Below are positions 10,048-24,200 of a stretch of 64,000 nucleotides of DNA, piece after piece. Each line of letters opens with the position of its first letter. Position 1 is the stretch's first letter. The stretch lies in the IMG/VR virus record IMGVR_UViG_3300044639_002137, one strand, 5' to 3'. The position numbers and the translations under genes are program-made. The notes beneath the pieces were generated by a model that made no database searches, was not told where the DNA came from, and worked only from the letters and a program-made list of their open reading frames with translations. Source of the DNA: an uncultured virus (IMG/VR IMGVR_UViG_3300044639_002137). Its lineage: Duplodnaviria > Heunggongvirae > Uroviricota > Caudoviricetes.

Positions 10048-11442
10048 TTAATTTATTGTTACAATGGCTTCAACTGTGCCCAGTTCAGCAGTTGTTTTTC
10101 CAACTAGAGCACGGCCAATAACATTGAATGCTGTGGCTTCGCCGGGAGCAGCAGCGCGGGCAATGCCGTCGCCTGCAGAAATCAATCTGTCGCCTTTGGC
10201 CACAACACCTGATACCAACACAGGCACACGTCCTGTCATGGCAACTGGGGGATGAGTTTCATTGTCACCGGCGCCACCATTCATTGTGAATGCTGGTCTA
10301 GTAGAAATTACACCAAACACTCGATCACTAGCATCATCTTTCACACGAGTAATTTCGTTTGTGCCGCCAAGTTCAACCACTGTACCTGGCAAGTATATTT
10401 CATCAGCTGCAAAACGTTCTGCAACGTCAGCATACAGTGCTGTAGTTGCTTGAGCAAATATGGTATTGAAATAGCTTGAGCTTGACCCAATGTTGCCAAC
10501 AGCATTGCCTGCACCATTCACAATAGCAGTTGTTTCACCAGCAGTGTTAACTGTGGTGGCGCCTCGAATAGTTGTCATGTTGTTTGCACCAAACAAGGTG
10601 ACCATGGTGGTTGTTACGCCGCCGTCGTTGATTTGCAAGTACACATTGCCATCGCTGGTTTGGTTACGCAGATACACATCTGAACCTGTAACCGAAGCTC
10701 GGAAGTCCGAGTCAGCTCCTACTGACAGTCCAGAATCATTAAGGACGCCCAGTGTTCCTGATGTAGTGTCATTGCTGGTAGAACTCAGGAAGTCTGTTGA
10801 ATCCAAGCCGTCCAGCAACTGTGCATTGGTTGCTGTGCCCTGGAACAATTGTGGTACGCCCGAAATTGAACTGGCCATTGTGACACCAGGATTGACTGTG
10901 GTAAATCCGGGAATAGCAACTTGCGGAGTAAATGACAAGTCCTTGCTAAAGATACTCACAATACTGTCTTCCACATACATTTCAACCACAACGTGACTCA
11001 CAGCATTGCTGTCTGTGATTGTGTTTACAATTGCGCCTGTGGTTCCTGTGCCTGCTGTAAATGCCGGACCGACCAGCAACCACGCAACACCGGTATAAAC
11101 TTTGAGCTGGGCGTTAACTGAATCATACCACAGATCACCAGCTACATTTGATGTAGGAGCTGACGCACTAGCAGTGGCACCAGAAATTACTTTGAATGTG
11201 GTTCCATTGTAAACTTTCATGGTATCTGTGGTCTGATCCCACCACAATTGCCCTGTCAAGGGTGCGCCAGGCGCAGTGGTGTTTGAACCATTTTCCAACA
11301 AGTGGATATAATTCTCGTCCAGAAATTCGCCGTAACCGGCGTAATTTTTACCCACCAAGATCATGCTTGAACTGGTATTGATAGTACCATCTGCTATTAC
11401 TGCAAAAATTGTACCATCGGTAAGATTGATTGTATATGACAT
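10048..11442 (-). CDS. Baseplate/tail fibre-like protein with C-terminal intramolecular chaperone (Peptidase_G2/S74-like) domain
   Basis: LVGKNYAGYGE..ENYIHLLEN, two G(Q/D)LW(W/Y)D..(M/L)KVY repeats, C-terminal ALYADVAERF..Y.PGTVV.LGG...GVIST.PA...VAMTGRVPV. Confidence 0.7.
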   Translation of the reverse strand: MSYTINLTDGTIFAVIADGTINTSSSMILVGKNYAGYGEFLDENYIHLLENGSNTTAPGAPLTGQLWWDQTTDTMKVYNGTTFKVISGATASASAPTSNVAGDLWYDSVNAQLKVYTGVAWLLVGPAFTAGTGTTGAIVNTITDSNAVSHVVVEMYVEDSIVSIFSKDLSFTPQVAIPGFTTVNPGVTMASSISGVPQLFQGTATNAQLLDGLDSTDFLSSTSNDTTSGTLGVLNDSGLSVGADSDFRASVTGSDVYLRNQTSDGNVYLQINDGGVTTTMVTLFGANNMTTIRGATTVNTAGETTAIVNGAGNAVGNIGSSSSYFNTIFAQATTALYADVAERFAADEIYLPGTVVELGGTNEITRVKDDASDRVFGVISTRPAFTMNGGAGDNETHPPVAMTGRVPVLVSGVVAKGDRLISAGDGIARAAAPGEATAFNVIGRALVGKTTAELGTVEAIVTIN

Positions 11443-11494
11443 ATTGCTTGCTCCGAATCTTATAGGTATTTATTACCTGTTAATCTACTAATAT

Positions 11495-12133
11495 TTATGC
11501 TGCGCTCAGGTTAGTTAAGGTCTGTATACGCACAGTATAATCAATTTGAATTTGACGATTCAGACTCTTCTGAACTGGATGGAAAATCACATGCGTTAAC
11601 AAACGCAATGCATTACCTTCGCCAGTCCAGGCCTTGAGTCCTAGTTCATCAAACACATATTCCCCGTTGTAATTGGTCGAATTATCAAACGCCTGCTGCC
11701 CCGGTGGCTCGCCGTAATCCAACAAACAGCTGACCAAGATGTCTGTATACACTTGACCTGAGGTGTGTAACACTGTCATGTTGTTGTTGGTTGGATCAGT
11801 ATCAGCTGCTGATTCATCATCAACAACTTTAGCATAGGTTTCATTGTAGAGATCAGCGTTTTGGCCAGTGGTATTAGGGGGCAAATAGGTGATCACACCA
11901 GTGGGATCCACTGAGCTGCCGCCGTTACCAAATGCCATTTCATAAATCCAACCCTGATTTCGGTGGGCCAGAGTTTCAGCCAGGCTGATACTCATGTTTT
12001 CATAGTGAATAGCATTGTCTTTATCAACTAATACTTCTCCAGTGACTGGATCAGTAATTTTGATGTGTCCTTTAATAATAGGACCGTAGGTGTTAATAAG
12101 CATTTTATTGTTTTCCGCTTTTTCGTTGCCCAT
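11495..12133 (-). CDS. Virion/baseplate protein, unknown function
   Basis: 212-aa ORF in the tail operon: GHIKITDP..GEVLVDKDNAIH, FDELGL, THVIFHPVQKSLNR. The start may be ATG 12103. Confidence 0.65.
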   Translation of the reverse strand: MGNEKAENNKMLINTYGPIIKGHIKITDPVTGEVLVDKDNAIHYENMSISLAETLAHRNQGWIYEMAFGNGGSSVDPTGVITYLPPNTTGQNADLYNETYAKVVDDESAADTDPTNNNMTVLHTSGQVYTDILVSCLLDYGEPPGQQAFDNSTNYNGEYVFDELGLKAWTGEGNALRLLTHVIFHPVQKSLNRQIQIDYTVRIQTLTNLSAA

Positions 12134-12139
12134 ATTTAA

Positions 12140-12286
12140 TCACGCTCGCGTCTCCACAAATACTTGTTTGGTGTTGGGATCCGAAATCTTCACAAACCCC
12201 GAGACTGCAATTGACCCTTTTTCGTTTGGACGAGCAACGGGCTGCGGTTTAGGCGGCTGTGAGGGAGTTTGTTGATTTTGCTGCAT
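12140..12286 (-). CDS. Small 48-aa protein (not in ORF track)
   Basis: MQQNQQTPSQPPKPQPVARPNEKGSIAVSGFVKISDPNTKQVFVETRA*, preceded by TAAATA (12296-12291); fills the gap between two genes. Confidence 0.65.
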   Translation of the reverse strand: MQQNQQTPSQPPKPQPVARPNEKGSIAVSGFVKISDPNTKQVFVETRA

Positions 12287-12298
12287 GATTTATTTACC

Positions 12299-15200
12299 TT
12301 AGATTTGTCCTCGGAAAAACCTTGCTGCATCTGTATTGGTCACTTGCAGTGCTTGCCCGTCTGACGGGTTGCCATTGGCTGGTTGATACCACCCAAATCC
12401 TTGACGTACCAGTATAGATACTTCGTATCCGTTGTCAGGTGCTGTATCAAACGTTACTGTGGCAGGCGCCACAGAATCCACAGTGTATCCAGCAGTGACA
12501 CGGATGCCACCCACAAATACCAGAATTGCTTGTTCAGCAAACGACAGAGTCAACTGACTCAAATCAATATTTGGTGCACTAAATGTAACAGTTGTTCCGT
12601 TGCCCAGAGTGTTGGTATACACCACGTGATCTTGGTATTCTTCAGGAGCTAAATTTCCGCGACCCAGGTTATACACTATTGCACCTGCGGTATGCACATT
12701 AGGTGCTGTTCCTGCTGTTCCTCTGCGTAGTCCACTTACCAGGTTGTTGTCAATATCAAGATAACGATACATGATTCGTTCACCATTGATTGTTAAAACA
12801 CCCCAGACATTGATTGCTAGATTTGGCTGTGTTAATGCCGCTGCGTTGTCGACATAAATTATGTCTTGATCCAGATACAAATCCTGTGTCAGGGTGGTCG
12901 TGGTTGACGGTGTCATTCTGTAGGTAGCTTGTACTCCGCGCATGTCTTGGAAAATGCGGAATTCCATTTGTTCTGGAACAACACTGTCTGTAAACAACTG
13001 GGCAACAACAACATCTATAACGCTGATCACCGGACCGTGTATAACCAGTTGCTCACCAACTATCAAGTAATCATCACCGTAGAATATACGATTGCCATTT
13101 TTGGTCACTACCATTCTGGTTGGATCAGGCACAATTCTGCCCAACTGGAAATCATTTGTGGTCACCAGTTGTCCTGCTGAGTAGTCATAGCTGCCAGGAA
13201 GTCCAGTTACTAGGCCCACATCAAAGTCAGTTGAATCATAGGGCTCAGGAACTACTACACCTGTTGTCACAGGTCCTTGCCATAACAAAGTTACTATTTC
13301 TTGTTGGCTTGTGTCATTCCATGAAGTTACAGAAATTATGTCTCCTGCAATAGGATAAAATCCATTGGTAGTACGCCATACCAACAAGGTATTATACAAG
13401 CTACTGCCATCACTCTGCAAAATATAATCTGCTTTGGTACTTACACTGATCAATACTTCTGACCCCGACGACGGTGGTATTGCAAATTCTACGTCTCTTG
13501 TGTCGTCATCAAGCACATAAGGTTCAATAGTAAATTCGCTGTACAAAGTAAGTTCTTGATTGTTGACCCATACACGAACATCGTTGTCTGCTACCAGCGC
13601 CAGACTGTATCCACCACGATTAGGAAGTGGGTAAGCTGAACTGCCGTCAGCAATGTAGTATGCACCCTCAGGAGGTCTTGCTCGTATACCATTTCGTTCA
13701 ACAATCAAGTTAGCAGTATTGGTTCCTTGCATTGAGTTGTCAAGACTGTATTCCAATTGTCCAAAACTCACAAAGTATTGAGTTTGCGGAGTTGACCAAC
13801 TGTTGGGCAATGAGCCATCAGTGGATCCAATGGCCGTGATGTTTAGCTCGTCAGCAACACCATAGGAAGTTGCAAACAAAATGTTTGTGGTATTGTTTGT
13901 TCCTGCGGTGTATGTGTAATTGGTTATCAATACGCCGTTGACAAAAATTACCATGTCTTCAATTTCGTTAACAGCCACAGGAATGTTAAAGGTATTTCCT
14001 ACCGTGGCTCCATTCACACTGGTTTTGTACAGTTGATTGCCGCCACCTATGCCATATATGCTGACAACTAATACGTCACCGTTGGCTGCTGGAGGAGCAC
14101 TAACACTGGTCAAAATAGTCACAGTGTTGGTGACCCAATTTACAATGTAATCTGTGTCAAGATTTAGTTCACGGCCTTGTGTTTGATTTGTTACTCGCAC
14201 CTGCACAGGATTTGGCACAATGCCGTCGAAACTTTGACCAGGCGCACTAACAGAATCATAGTACCACTTGACAATTTCCCAGGCAAATCCGTGACCATTC
14301 AACTCCCAATCAGATCCTGGGCGGGTATAAACACGGAAATCTAGTGTGTCATATTCTGAGCCAGGTATCAGTTCTTCAGGAGCATGGCTTTCGTAAGGTC
14401 CAACAAACTCGCCACCGGTTACATTTACATCATAGGGTCTTGTGCCAAGATAGATATCAACAAAACGACTTTCGTAGATGGCATCTAGAATTGCAGGATC
14501 ATAAGTTGGAAGACCTTCGGGTCCGTATGCAATATTATCAAACGGATTGATGTCAAAGTTGCCAACATCAAAGCCTGAGTTTTGATCAAACGTGGGTGCA
14601 GTAACTTGCACGCCTGGATAATCAATTCCATCAATCAACAATGGTAAGTCTAGTCCTGGTTCATTGGCAGTAGGAACATATAGCCCCATAGTTCTATCCA
14701 CGCCGGACAAGGTAGATGCACTAACTAATGTCCATTGTTCAGGATCAAATGTTACAGATTCCACTGCACTTGAGTCGGCGTTGCTGGCTTCCCATACTCT
14801 GTTGTCATATCGCACCAGGGTTCCGTTGTCATACTGAACCGTTGGTTCCCAGTCTAGGATTGTAGACACATATTGATATCTGTCAAACTTGATTGTGGTG
14901 TTGATGCTACGCACCAGATCGTTGCCCATTACTGCAACAATTCTGCCGCCAACTCCGTTGCCGCCCGATAATTCTATTAGAGCTGTGGTCAGGTATCCTG
15001 CTCCGGGGTTAGTTATAATTACACCAGTAATTTTGCCTGCACTATTGACGTCCACTGTCATGGTGGCCTGTATCAAACAATCTCCAGTAACTGTGGCCAC
15101 AGGAGGTTCGGTATATCCAACACCACCGTCTACAACCACAATGTCTTGAATGTTGAGAGTATAGTTGTTATACCAGAAGTTCCAAGGCTCTGTTTGCCAT

Positions 15201-18200
15201 ACCGGGCTGTCAGGTGCTGTATCACTATAGGTGTTTGATGTGCCGGTGCCCACCGCAGTACTTTGAGTGTATGGTGTCAACACTGGACTCATGAACTGAT
15301 TTGGAATTTGTATAGTGTTATAAAAACTTGGAACGTCAAAGTCAGTCATGCTGCCTTGATAAACGTCAGATCCATCATATATTAGATTGGTCTCGCGAAT
15401 CTGTACATGATATGGTTTGACTTCTTTGATATAGTCCACCACAAAGTCTTGATTATCACGTTGATAAGTCTGGAACGGCAACAGTTGACGGATCTTGTGA
15501 TCAACATCAACCAAGCTGGTTTTGCTCAACCAGTCAGGTGCTTCAAATTCACTGAGCACAAAGTTAAACATCAGTATTAGAGCTTTGTTTCGTTCAATCA
15601 ACAATTCGCCAATCAGCAATTCCTGATTGATGGCTTGAATAATTTTGCGAGTTTCTATCACTGGTTCTTGATCAAAATATTGCGCATCAAACACTTCGGA
15701 GTCAAACCCAAAGCGTCCCAGTTGATAATCCCACAGTTCGGCAGCAATAGCAATGGTGCCATCCTGCAGGCCTACTCGATCCCAACCAGTGTCAGTTCGT
15801 AGATAAATTTCCCATTTACCTTGGGCATTGGCCGTGACTCTTACACTGGCACCAACAGGAACGGTGTATATACTAAGTGTGTCAAGACTACTATAGACCA
15901 GTACTTCGGCTACTATCTGACTGCTCTGATTGTAACCAATCAGATACCAGTCAATGTAACTCCAGTATTTGCGGGTGTCGTAATTTTGTACTCGCACCAG
16001 CATCAACGATGCAAACGTTTTTGCTGTGGTAACGCTGTATATGGTCCATAACCCATTTTGCGCAGAATCAGCTGCAACCAGATACTTGTAACCCACAGGT
16101 ACTATGGCAAAATCTTGATAGCTGAGTTCTTCAAGATTGGCCACACGTTTGTCCCAGGCTCCTGTGCCCGCAGTTGGCTCTGGTTCGCTGGAATTCAACA
16201 AGGTAAAACTGCGAGTTTCTGAGATAGGAAATTGTGCAAGTACAGTGTTGACTCTTTCAAAATAATTTTCCAGTGCCAGGAATCTGTCAGCAAACATAGA
16301 CTGACGTGGTCTGAACTGAACACCGTAACTGTTGGCCGGACTTAGATTTGGGTCTGGCACCTTGGCACCAACAGTGTTAACACCGCACAAAGAATCCTGG
16401 AACTTGAGATACAAATTGTCCGGCAAGAATCCATCAGCACGATTTTCTGGAATCAGGCTGTATTCCACGTGAACATTGTCGTCAGTGTATTCTCTATCAA
16501 ACTCAATACTCAAAATTGTATCTTGTGCAGAAATATCGTTGACTGCATTATAGATAGCAGTTGCGCTGGAACTAACAAACGCCACATACGGGATACCCGA
16601 ACTACGAGGTTCTTCAATATATCTGGCAATACCAGTGGTGCTGAGAGTTTTTCCTGCATTGGTGTCAATTGAGGTAATGCCGCGAACCCAGAAATAATAT
16701 GTTGTGGTAAAAATTCCGTCAAGGTTTAGTCCAGTTGACAAATCGTAACTGACTATGCTTCTAGGAGTACCTTCGCCAGCATAGGTTGCAGGTGGTTGGT
16801 CGCTGGCTACCCATTGATACACATCCACTGTTGATCCCGGAAACACCTGACCCCAGCGGCGTGCTGCATATACAATGTTGTCTTGATTTGGATCAATAAA
16901 GCGAACATTGTTGGTATCCCACCAAATTTCTCCCACATGTACTTGTCCCCAGATCCTACCATAGTTGTTGACTGGTCCCACATTGTAGGCCGCAGGATCT
17001 ACTGCACCAATATAGTTGATATTTTCTCGTGCAGCACCGAGGATTTTGCCCTGCAAAGGATCAAAGAAATCAAAGAAATTGGTTTTTGCACCAGTGACAC
17101 GATCATATGTGAATACTGAATTGACCAACTTGACATCCACCACGGGCAACTGTTGGTGTATTGTTGTCCAGGCCGGAGTCAGTGTGAGATTTCTAAACAC
17201 AGCAACCCGACCATAATCCAGCTCGCTCTGAGTACTGTCGTCAATGTCACTGCCTGGACTACCAATCAACAATACGCCGTTGGTATAATCAATGGATGTT
17301 CCAAACAGATCTAGTTCTTGTACTCGTTGATCATATATTTGTTGACCAAATGCAAATTTACCCGGATTGCTGATTGAATCGCTGGCACTGGGCAAATAAT
17401 CATAAGTGTATACCACGCCACTTTGTGTCAATGGACCACTTATTGTTGTGGTTCGACTATCAAAGTACGTGGTTCCAGCATCAAACGTATTTGGACGATA
17501 CAGATTGCCACGAGGAGCACCCACTGTGAGAGTGGTAGCAAACGAATCAATGTTTACTGCTGATCCAAATCCAGCGTATGCAGCAGGTGCCGGGCTGTCA
17601 ACAGTTTGAGTGTATGCAAATGTATTAAACACCAGGCGTTGGAATGTGGTTCCTATTAGGCCAGGTAGTACTGTAAGTCGGTTGCCAGCATCAGCGGCCA
17701 ACATATTTTTAACACCAATTGTAATCAGGCCGTAGTTGGCTGTGCCTGCTACGCCAGCAACAGCCACAACGTTGTCTATGCCTGCGCTGTTGATGTCTTG
17801 TGCCAGCACTGCTGTCCAGCTGCTGGGTTGCCAGTATGTGGTGTCAGATAGTGCTGTTCCTGTTGGTACAGGTCTGATTGAGATGTAGAGACTCAGTCCA
17901 TAATCAACAATGGTATCCACTGGGTATGTTGATGCACTATTCCAGGCCACTGGCTGAGATAATGCAACCTCCTGGTCATTGATTCTAATTGTTTCACCAG
18001 GAATCAACCGAGGGCCAGGATTGGTACTGGCTGTTATACCGTACACTCGACTTTGATTTACATTGCGCTGGACCAAGCCTGCAGCAGGCAGTACTGATCC
18101 ATCTTGTGGTGCACCCACGTACAAGCTGCAATTGTTTTTGCACAGGTCAATAGCAGCGCCAAAATTAGCACTCTGGAACGGAGCAATGGCGCCAACAATC

Positions 18201-21200
18201 TGCAGCAGATTAAATTTGTTTACTTCAATTTCAATTATGTCGCCCACTGCCAGTGGTGTATCAATTGTGACTTCAGTTGTACTAATCTTGGTAAAGGTTC
18301 CTGTAACGTTTCCTTCTGTATTGGTCAAGAATTGATTGTTTAGAACTACAGATGTTGGCGCAACTAATGTTCCATCAACTGTGTAAGTTGTTTGAGCAGC
18401 ATTGGTCACAACAAAATTCTGCACAGCACGGTCAAATACATATACTGCACCAGCGTCAGTGATAGCATTGTAATAATCATTTGGTGTGCCAACCATTATC
18501 TGACGGCCGTCAGTGGTGCAACTTACACTTTCACCAAATCTAGCAGAGTCACCTAGTCTAGCAGTAATTGTAGTAGAAGCTACAGTTTGATTGATATTTA
18601 CCTGGTATGTTCCTGCTGCTCCAGTGCCGGTCAACAACGCTGTGATTTTTGTTCCTTGAGCTAGGCCTGCGCCGCTTAGGTTCATGCCCACAGTAAGTGC
18701 CGATGCTCCAGGCTGTGCATTAGATACTGTTAGTGTGGTTCCTGATATTGATGCTGTTACTTGTTGTGCGAATTCAATGGTGTCAACAAATGTAAAATAA
18801 CTCTGTGTTGCGACCGCGATGGTTGCTCCGTTACTGGGTACATTAACAAATATCAAGTCTCTGTCATTGTAATCAAAATCATAATCAATACCTGGTCGTT
18901 GCAGCACACCGTTGACAGTAACTTTGAAACTGTATATACTGGTAGCAGAATACAGGTATTCGTTCAATGGAAAAATATTATTTGTGCCAACTCCTGATCC
19001 AGCAATAGTAAAGGTGTTAATTGCACCCGAGGCCAAAATACTAGCTACGGTAATAACTAAATTATTTGCCGGGTCTGTTGCTACTGTAGGCAAAGAATTG
19101 GCATTGTCAATATTTGTGCCAAGGAATGTAAGAGTATTTCCAATAGCATACCCGGTGCCGGCTACCGCAAGCGATGCAGCATATACACCACGAGTATTAG
19201 TAATAGTGAACTTTGCCCCTGTTCCTGTTCCAGTTTGCGAATTGGAAGATAATTCAGAATAAGTCGTTGAATCAATCTGCTGAGAAGTTTTTCGAACAAT
19301 CTTCAAGACCAGATCTTTTGCAGGTGCAGCAGCAAATACAATGTTTGTCGCTGTTTGAGAATAATCTACTCCGTATATCAACAATTTATTGTTCAACACC
19401 ACACTAAGTTGTTCTTTATAGATTGTTCCATCAATTATGATGTGATTACTATAGTTAAATGTAAATTGTTGACCATCGGCTACATACGCAACTGATTGAT
19501 TTTCAACTTCAACTAACCCGTATGCAAATACTTTGTTGATGCCCGGGGCACCAATGTACATCCAGTGTTCGTCTGGACTGACTGCAACACTGTATCCAAA
19601 TTCTGCTGGATATGCCAGGTCGCTAGTGTCTGGAACTGTTAGCAGGTTGGCATTGATAAAACTTGCTGAATCTGGTTGGCGGTATACAGCTGATACATAT
19701 CCTCTGTTGTTGTAACTTGCAGGTGCACCCACTGCTTGCCATGTTTGATTGCCAATGCTTACACTGGATCCAAAGCCCACAGTATCAGCAGCACCATCAA
19801 GTTCTAGTACTGAATTTTCAGCAAACTGAGCAATTTCTGTACGAACATAGGTGTATAATGCACCAGTACTAGGGAGCCGACTCCAGACAACAGGAGTTGT
19901 ACCAACCGTAACTACTCCAGCAGTTTGTATCCAACCTGTATTTACATTTTGAGTACCAGTAGAAACAAAAGTAAATGCACCATTAAATTGAGTTGATATG
20001 TTCATGTCTACCGAACGAGTCAATACAAAATACACAGCACCGGTGCCTGCTGTTGTTAACGTGTATATACCGTTATCAGGGGCATTACCGCCAGTTTCGT
20101 TTTTAACTAAAACTCTAGTACCTATTGTTGATATTGTTTGACCATCAACAACTAGTGCTCCAAACGCAGTAGCAGTAATAGTTGCACCAACGCCAGCTGT
20201 GCCGTTGTTGTAAGTGTAGGCTGGCATTACCGCAGCAGTAGCAGCATATACTGAAGCCTTGGCATTAAGACCTTGATCATTGTAGTTTGGACTACCAACA
20301 ATGGCATACAAGTTGCTCTTGGCCTGCGCCACACTTTGCCCAAACTTGCTGTTGGTCACAGGATTTGTTGCTGTTATTTCTGTTGCAGAAGAAAATACTA
20401 TCTGTTTTTCTAATACTTCCCATAGCCCTGCACCGTTGTTGTCTACCCATACCTTGTTGCCTGGCAGTAGGTCATTGGCATATGGCAAGGTTATTATGTC
20501 GCTGGCTTGTGCCACACGTTGAGTTTGCAGCACAAATCCAATGCCAGTTCCTGTTGCTACCAGCTGGCCACTATTGACAAAGGAAAAATCAACAACAATT
20601 TGGGTAATGCTAGGAACACCAATTACTCTGTACACTCCATCAACTTCTATAGAGAAAAATCTTACCACAAGCTGACGGCCAACTGTGATGCCATGCGGTG
20701 CAGTAAATGTCAGCACCGCGGTTCCGTCAAGATTACTGCTTACTGAAGAAATATAACCAGGAATCTGGCTTGTTCGATAGATGTTCCAGTCGTAGTCATT
20801 GATCTTGGCCACCCAGATAACTGTGCCCACACCAATCTGATCAAGATTTGCATCCAGGCTTGCTGTGTTGGTAATATCAAATACAGTAATGTCAATATCA
20901 TCAAGATTCACATAGCCAGCACCTGGCAGGCCCACGTCAGTTGGATTGACTGTTGTGGTTGTAAGAATATTGGTACTAGGTATCTTGTAACTTTGTTTCC
21001 ACAAGTTGCTCAACAACACTGTTTGATCAGCTTCGCTGATTTCTCCTGTCTGAACCACTTGTATCAAGCTGGGGTTTGCTCCAAGCAAGGCTTCGTTCAA
21101 TTGTAATTCGTAGAAACTACGGTTGGCATTGGCACCATATGTGGCTCTTAGCACAGCCCAGTTTTCATAGATATCATACTGTGCCGGACCGCGGCCCAGA

Positions 21201-24200
21201 TCAGCAAACGAAAATAGTTCAGCTGCTCTAACAGTGCCTTTGGTACCCAGAAACTGCTGATACAGATTGACCTGACTGGTGCTGTCAAGATTCAAGGAAA
21301 CCATGTATTGTCTAGGTTTGAATCCAATCAGTCCGTATGAAAACAAGTCTTGATTCTGTTCAAGATTGGCGGTGTATGTGTTGTAGCTGTTGGCCAGTTG
21401 ATTGCTCTTGTTGGCCAAGTTAGGTAATAGTCCTTGTTGTATTTTGGTATAGTCTGAGATTGTCCATTCGTTGAAATCAAACTTGGCACTGGGTTGAACA
21501 ATATCGATTGCACTGTAATAAAAGTTTTTGTACTCCACAATCTCACCGCGAGCATATTTGACGTTTTGGCTCCAGGGCTTGATGTTGTCTTGGTTGAGAA
21601 CAAATCCTTGTGCATTCAGCTGACCGTTCCACTCAGTGGTGGTTGTTCCAATCAATTTCACACGGTCTTGTCTTGCACCGGTAATTGGCTGATAGATCAA
21701 GTCTGCAAAAATACTCACATTGTCCAGCACAACCATGTTTTCGTAACTGGTAAACTTGATGTTCAAGAAGTTGATGGTTTCGTTGGTCACACTGCGCACA
21801 GCAAAACGATTGTCACTGCGTTCAATCACAAGATCTCTAGCATTGAATGGTTTTCGATCCGCATTGAGTATCATGTTTTCAGCAGTTTGAACAGCAATAC
21901 TATCCACAACGGCTCCAGCACGTTCTACAATCAGTTGGGATGCACCGGGGTTGAGATTGACGATTGCTCCGTCGGTCCAGCCTTGATTGCTCCAGTACAG
22001 GAACTCGCTGACCATCTGATTCCAGTCTAGCACATACCCGTTTTCTAAATTGTCAAACACAAGGCCTTGACTCTGCAACAATGCACCGTAGCTCAACAAG
22101 AAGTCGGCCACAAGAGTGCGATTGGTAAACACATAGCCATATGGTATCTGAACCACGTTGTTGCTGTATTCCACAGGAACACGCACCGTGCTGCCACCAG
22201 CTGAGATTGTTGCTAAATTACCATTGATTAGGCTTTGCAATATACTGAAGTATGGCTGAGTCATGTTGTAACCATACACTGCCCAGCCTGTGGTTGTGCT
22301 TTGAACAATCACACTGGAGTATGTGAGTTGAGCAAATGGCACATTCTTGTAGAACAAGAGATTGTAGCTTTCGTCTGGCAGCAACAGAGTTGAATTCAAA
22401 CTATTGGGGCTGGATTTTTCAGTGTAAATTTGCAGAAGATTTTTACCAGTAAACGATGCCATTCTGTAGCACAATCTTACATCAAGATTTTTAAGATCAG
22501 CAGTAAGGGCAGTGGTAGAATTGATTCCGCTCACACGGTTAAAGTCCACAATCCAATCAATATAACTGGCCTTGCTGACACCGTTGCCATACACTTCAAT
22601 ACCATTGGCATCCAGTCTATAACGTCCATTGTAGAGATACTGGTTGATAGACGTGTCAAATCTATAAAGATCTCTGTCGGCAAACAACGAGAAAAATTCT
22701 GCTGGACGAGTCAGGGCCAACAGTCGCATGGCAGCAAATGGATATGCACTAGAGGTACGCCAGGCGTTTTCTACTGGACCGTCGTCACCCACAACCCAGC
22801 TCTTGCGGAAGTCGTTGCTGTTGAAATTGCCCACCATTACTTGCATGGGACTCAACAAGGCACCTTCACTGCCAGACGGAATCACATCTGTCAACCCAGG
22901 GCGAACGTATTCTGGCAGCACATACGGAGCCACAGGATCTCTAACCAGGCCTGCTGCTAGGTCTTCCCAGAGCACCAAGTTGCCTGAAGTATAGGGGGCT
23001 GGTCCATATTCGTCTTCCCACCATACAGGTATAACACTAAACCCCAACATCTCCCAGGGTCTAGTGTTTGGATAAATTGTGTCGTAGAAATAGTTGTAAA
23101 GCCCGCGCCAGGCACCTACCACCAGCGGCTGGTTCGCAGTTAACTTGTTTGATGCTGTGGAATAATTCCAGGTGAATTGATTGTTCTGTTGGTAATCTTG
23201 TGTTTTGTAGTCTAGTTTGTTCCAGCCTACCCAGGTTAGAAAATCTTCGCTGAGAATGTCTGTTATTTCACCAAGTGTATAATCAGTAGTGCGGAATTCT
23301 CCAGGCACAACTTGGGCTGTGGTCAATGGCACAGGATTGCCGTCCAGTTTGAGATTGTTATAGATTCTAGTTTCAAACTCCAGCAGCAATGCATCGCGGA
23401 AATCACCAAATGCTCTGGTAATAGATCCGTCATGCCCACGAATAACAAAAACTGGATTTACATAAGTTTCATCAAGAAAAATTTCTGGAATATAAGCTGG
23501 ATACAGTCCCAGTTTGGTAGGAGTGTTTGGCACATAGCTGCCGTAGGTCTCAGGATATTCTTGTATGGTAACCACGTCTCCTACTGCCAGCGGTAATGTG
23601 ATTGTAATTCTAGGTCCATCTGTTGCGACCACATACCCAAGATCACGAGTCAATAAAATATCATTTACATAGACCAACAATCCAAGATAGTTGGCTGAAG
23701 TATAATTATACACCTGTGTGGTGTCAAACACCGCGGTAGAAATTGGAGTTACTGTGGTTTGTAGTTGTGTGTACACGCTGCCAGTGGGCAGCATGTCACT
23801 CCAGTAAAATGGATTGCTGCTGGTGCGACCAAGTGTGATGTCAGAAATTACTGCTGTGAGTATTTCTGGCACTGTGAGATTGACATAATCATTGGTCACT
23901 GCTGTGTTCAACAGTTGTGCTTTGAATTTTTCGTATTCTCTTGAATTGTATGAAAGAGCAGCAAAAATTTCATATTCAGGTTTACGCAAGAAATAACCAG
24001 CCAGGGTCATTGGCGAACTTTGCTGCAGAATATTCAGACCATAAGGAATAATATTACCAAGATCTCTAGTGTTGTTGGCACCGTTGACTTTGCCAGTCAA
24101 TGACACTAGATTCTGTGCAATACTTTCGTAGTGAGTTCTCACTGTGCCCAGTGTGAAGTTTGCTGAGTTGCCGTTCAATGGATTGTTTTCAAGATTGACA

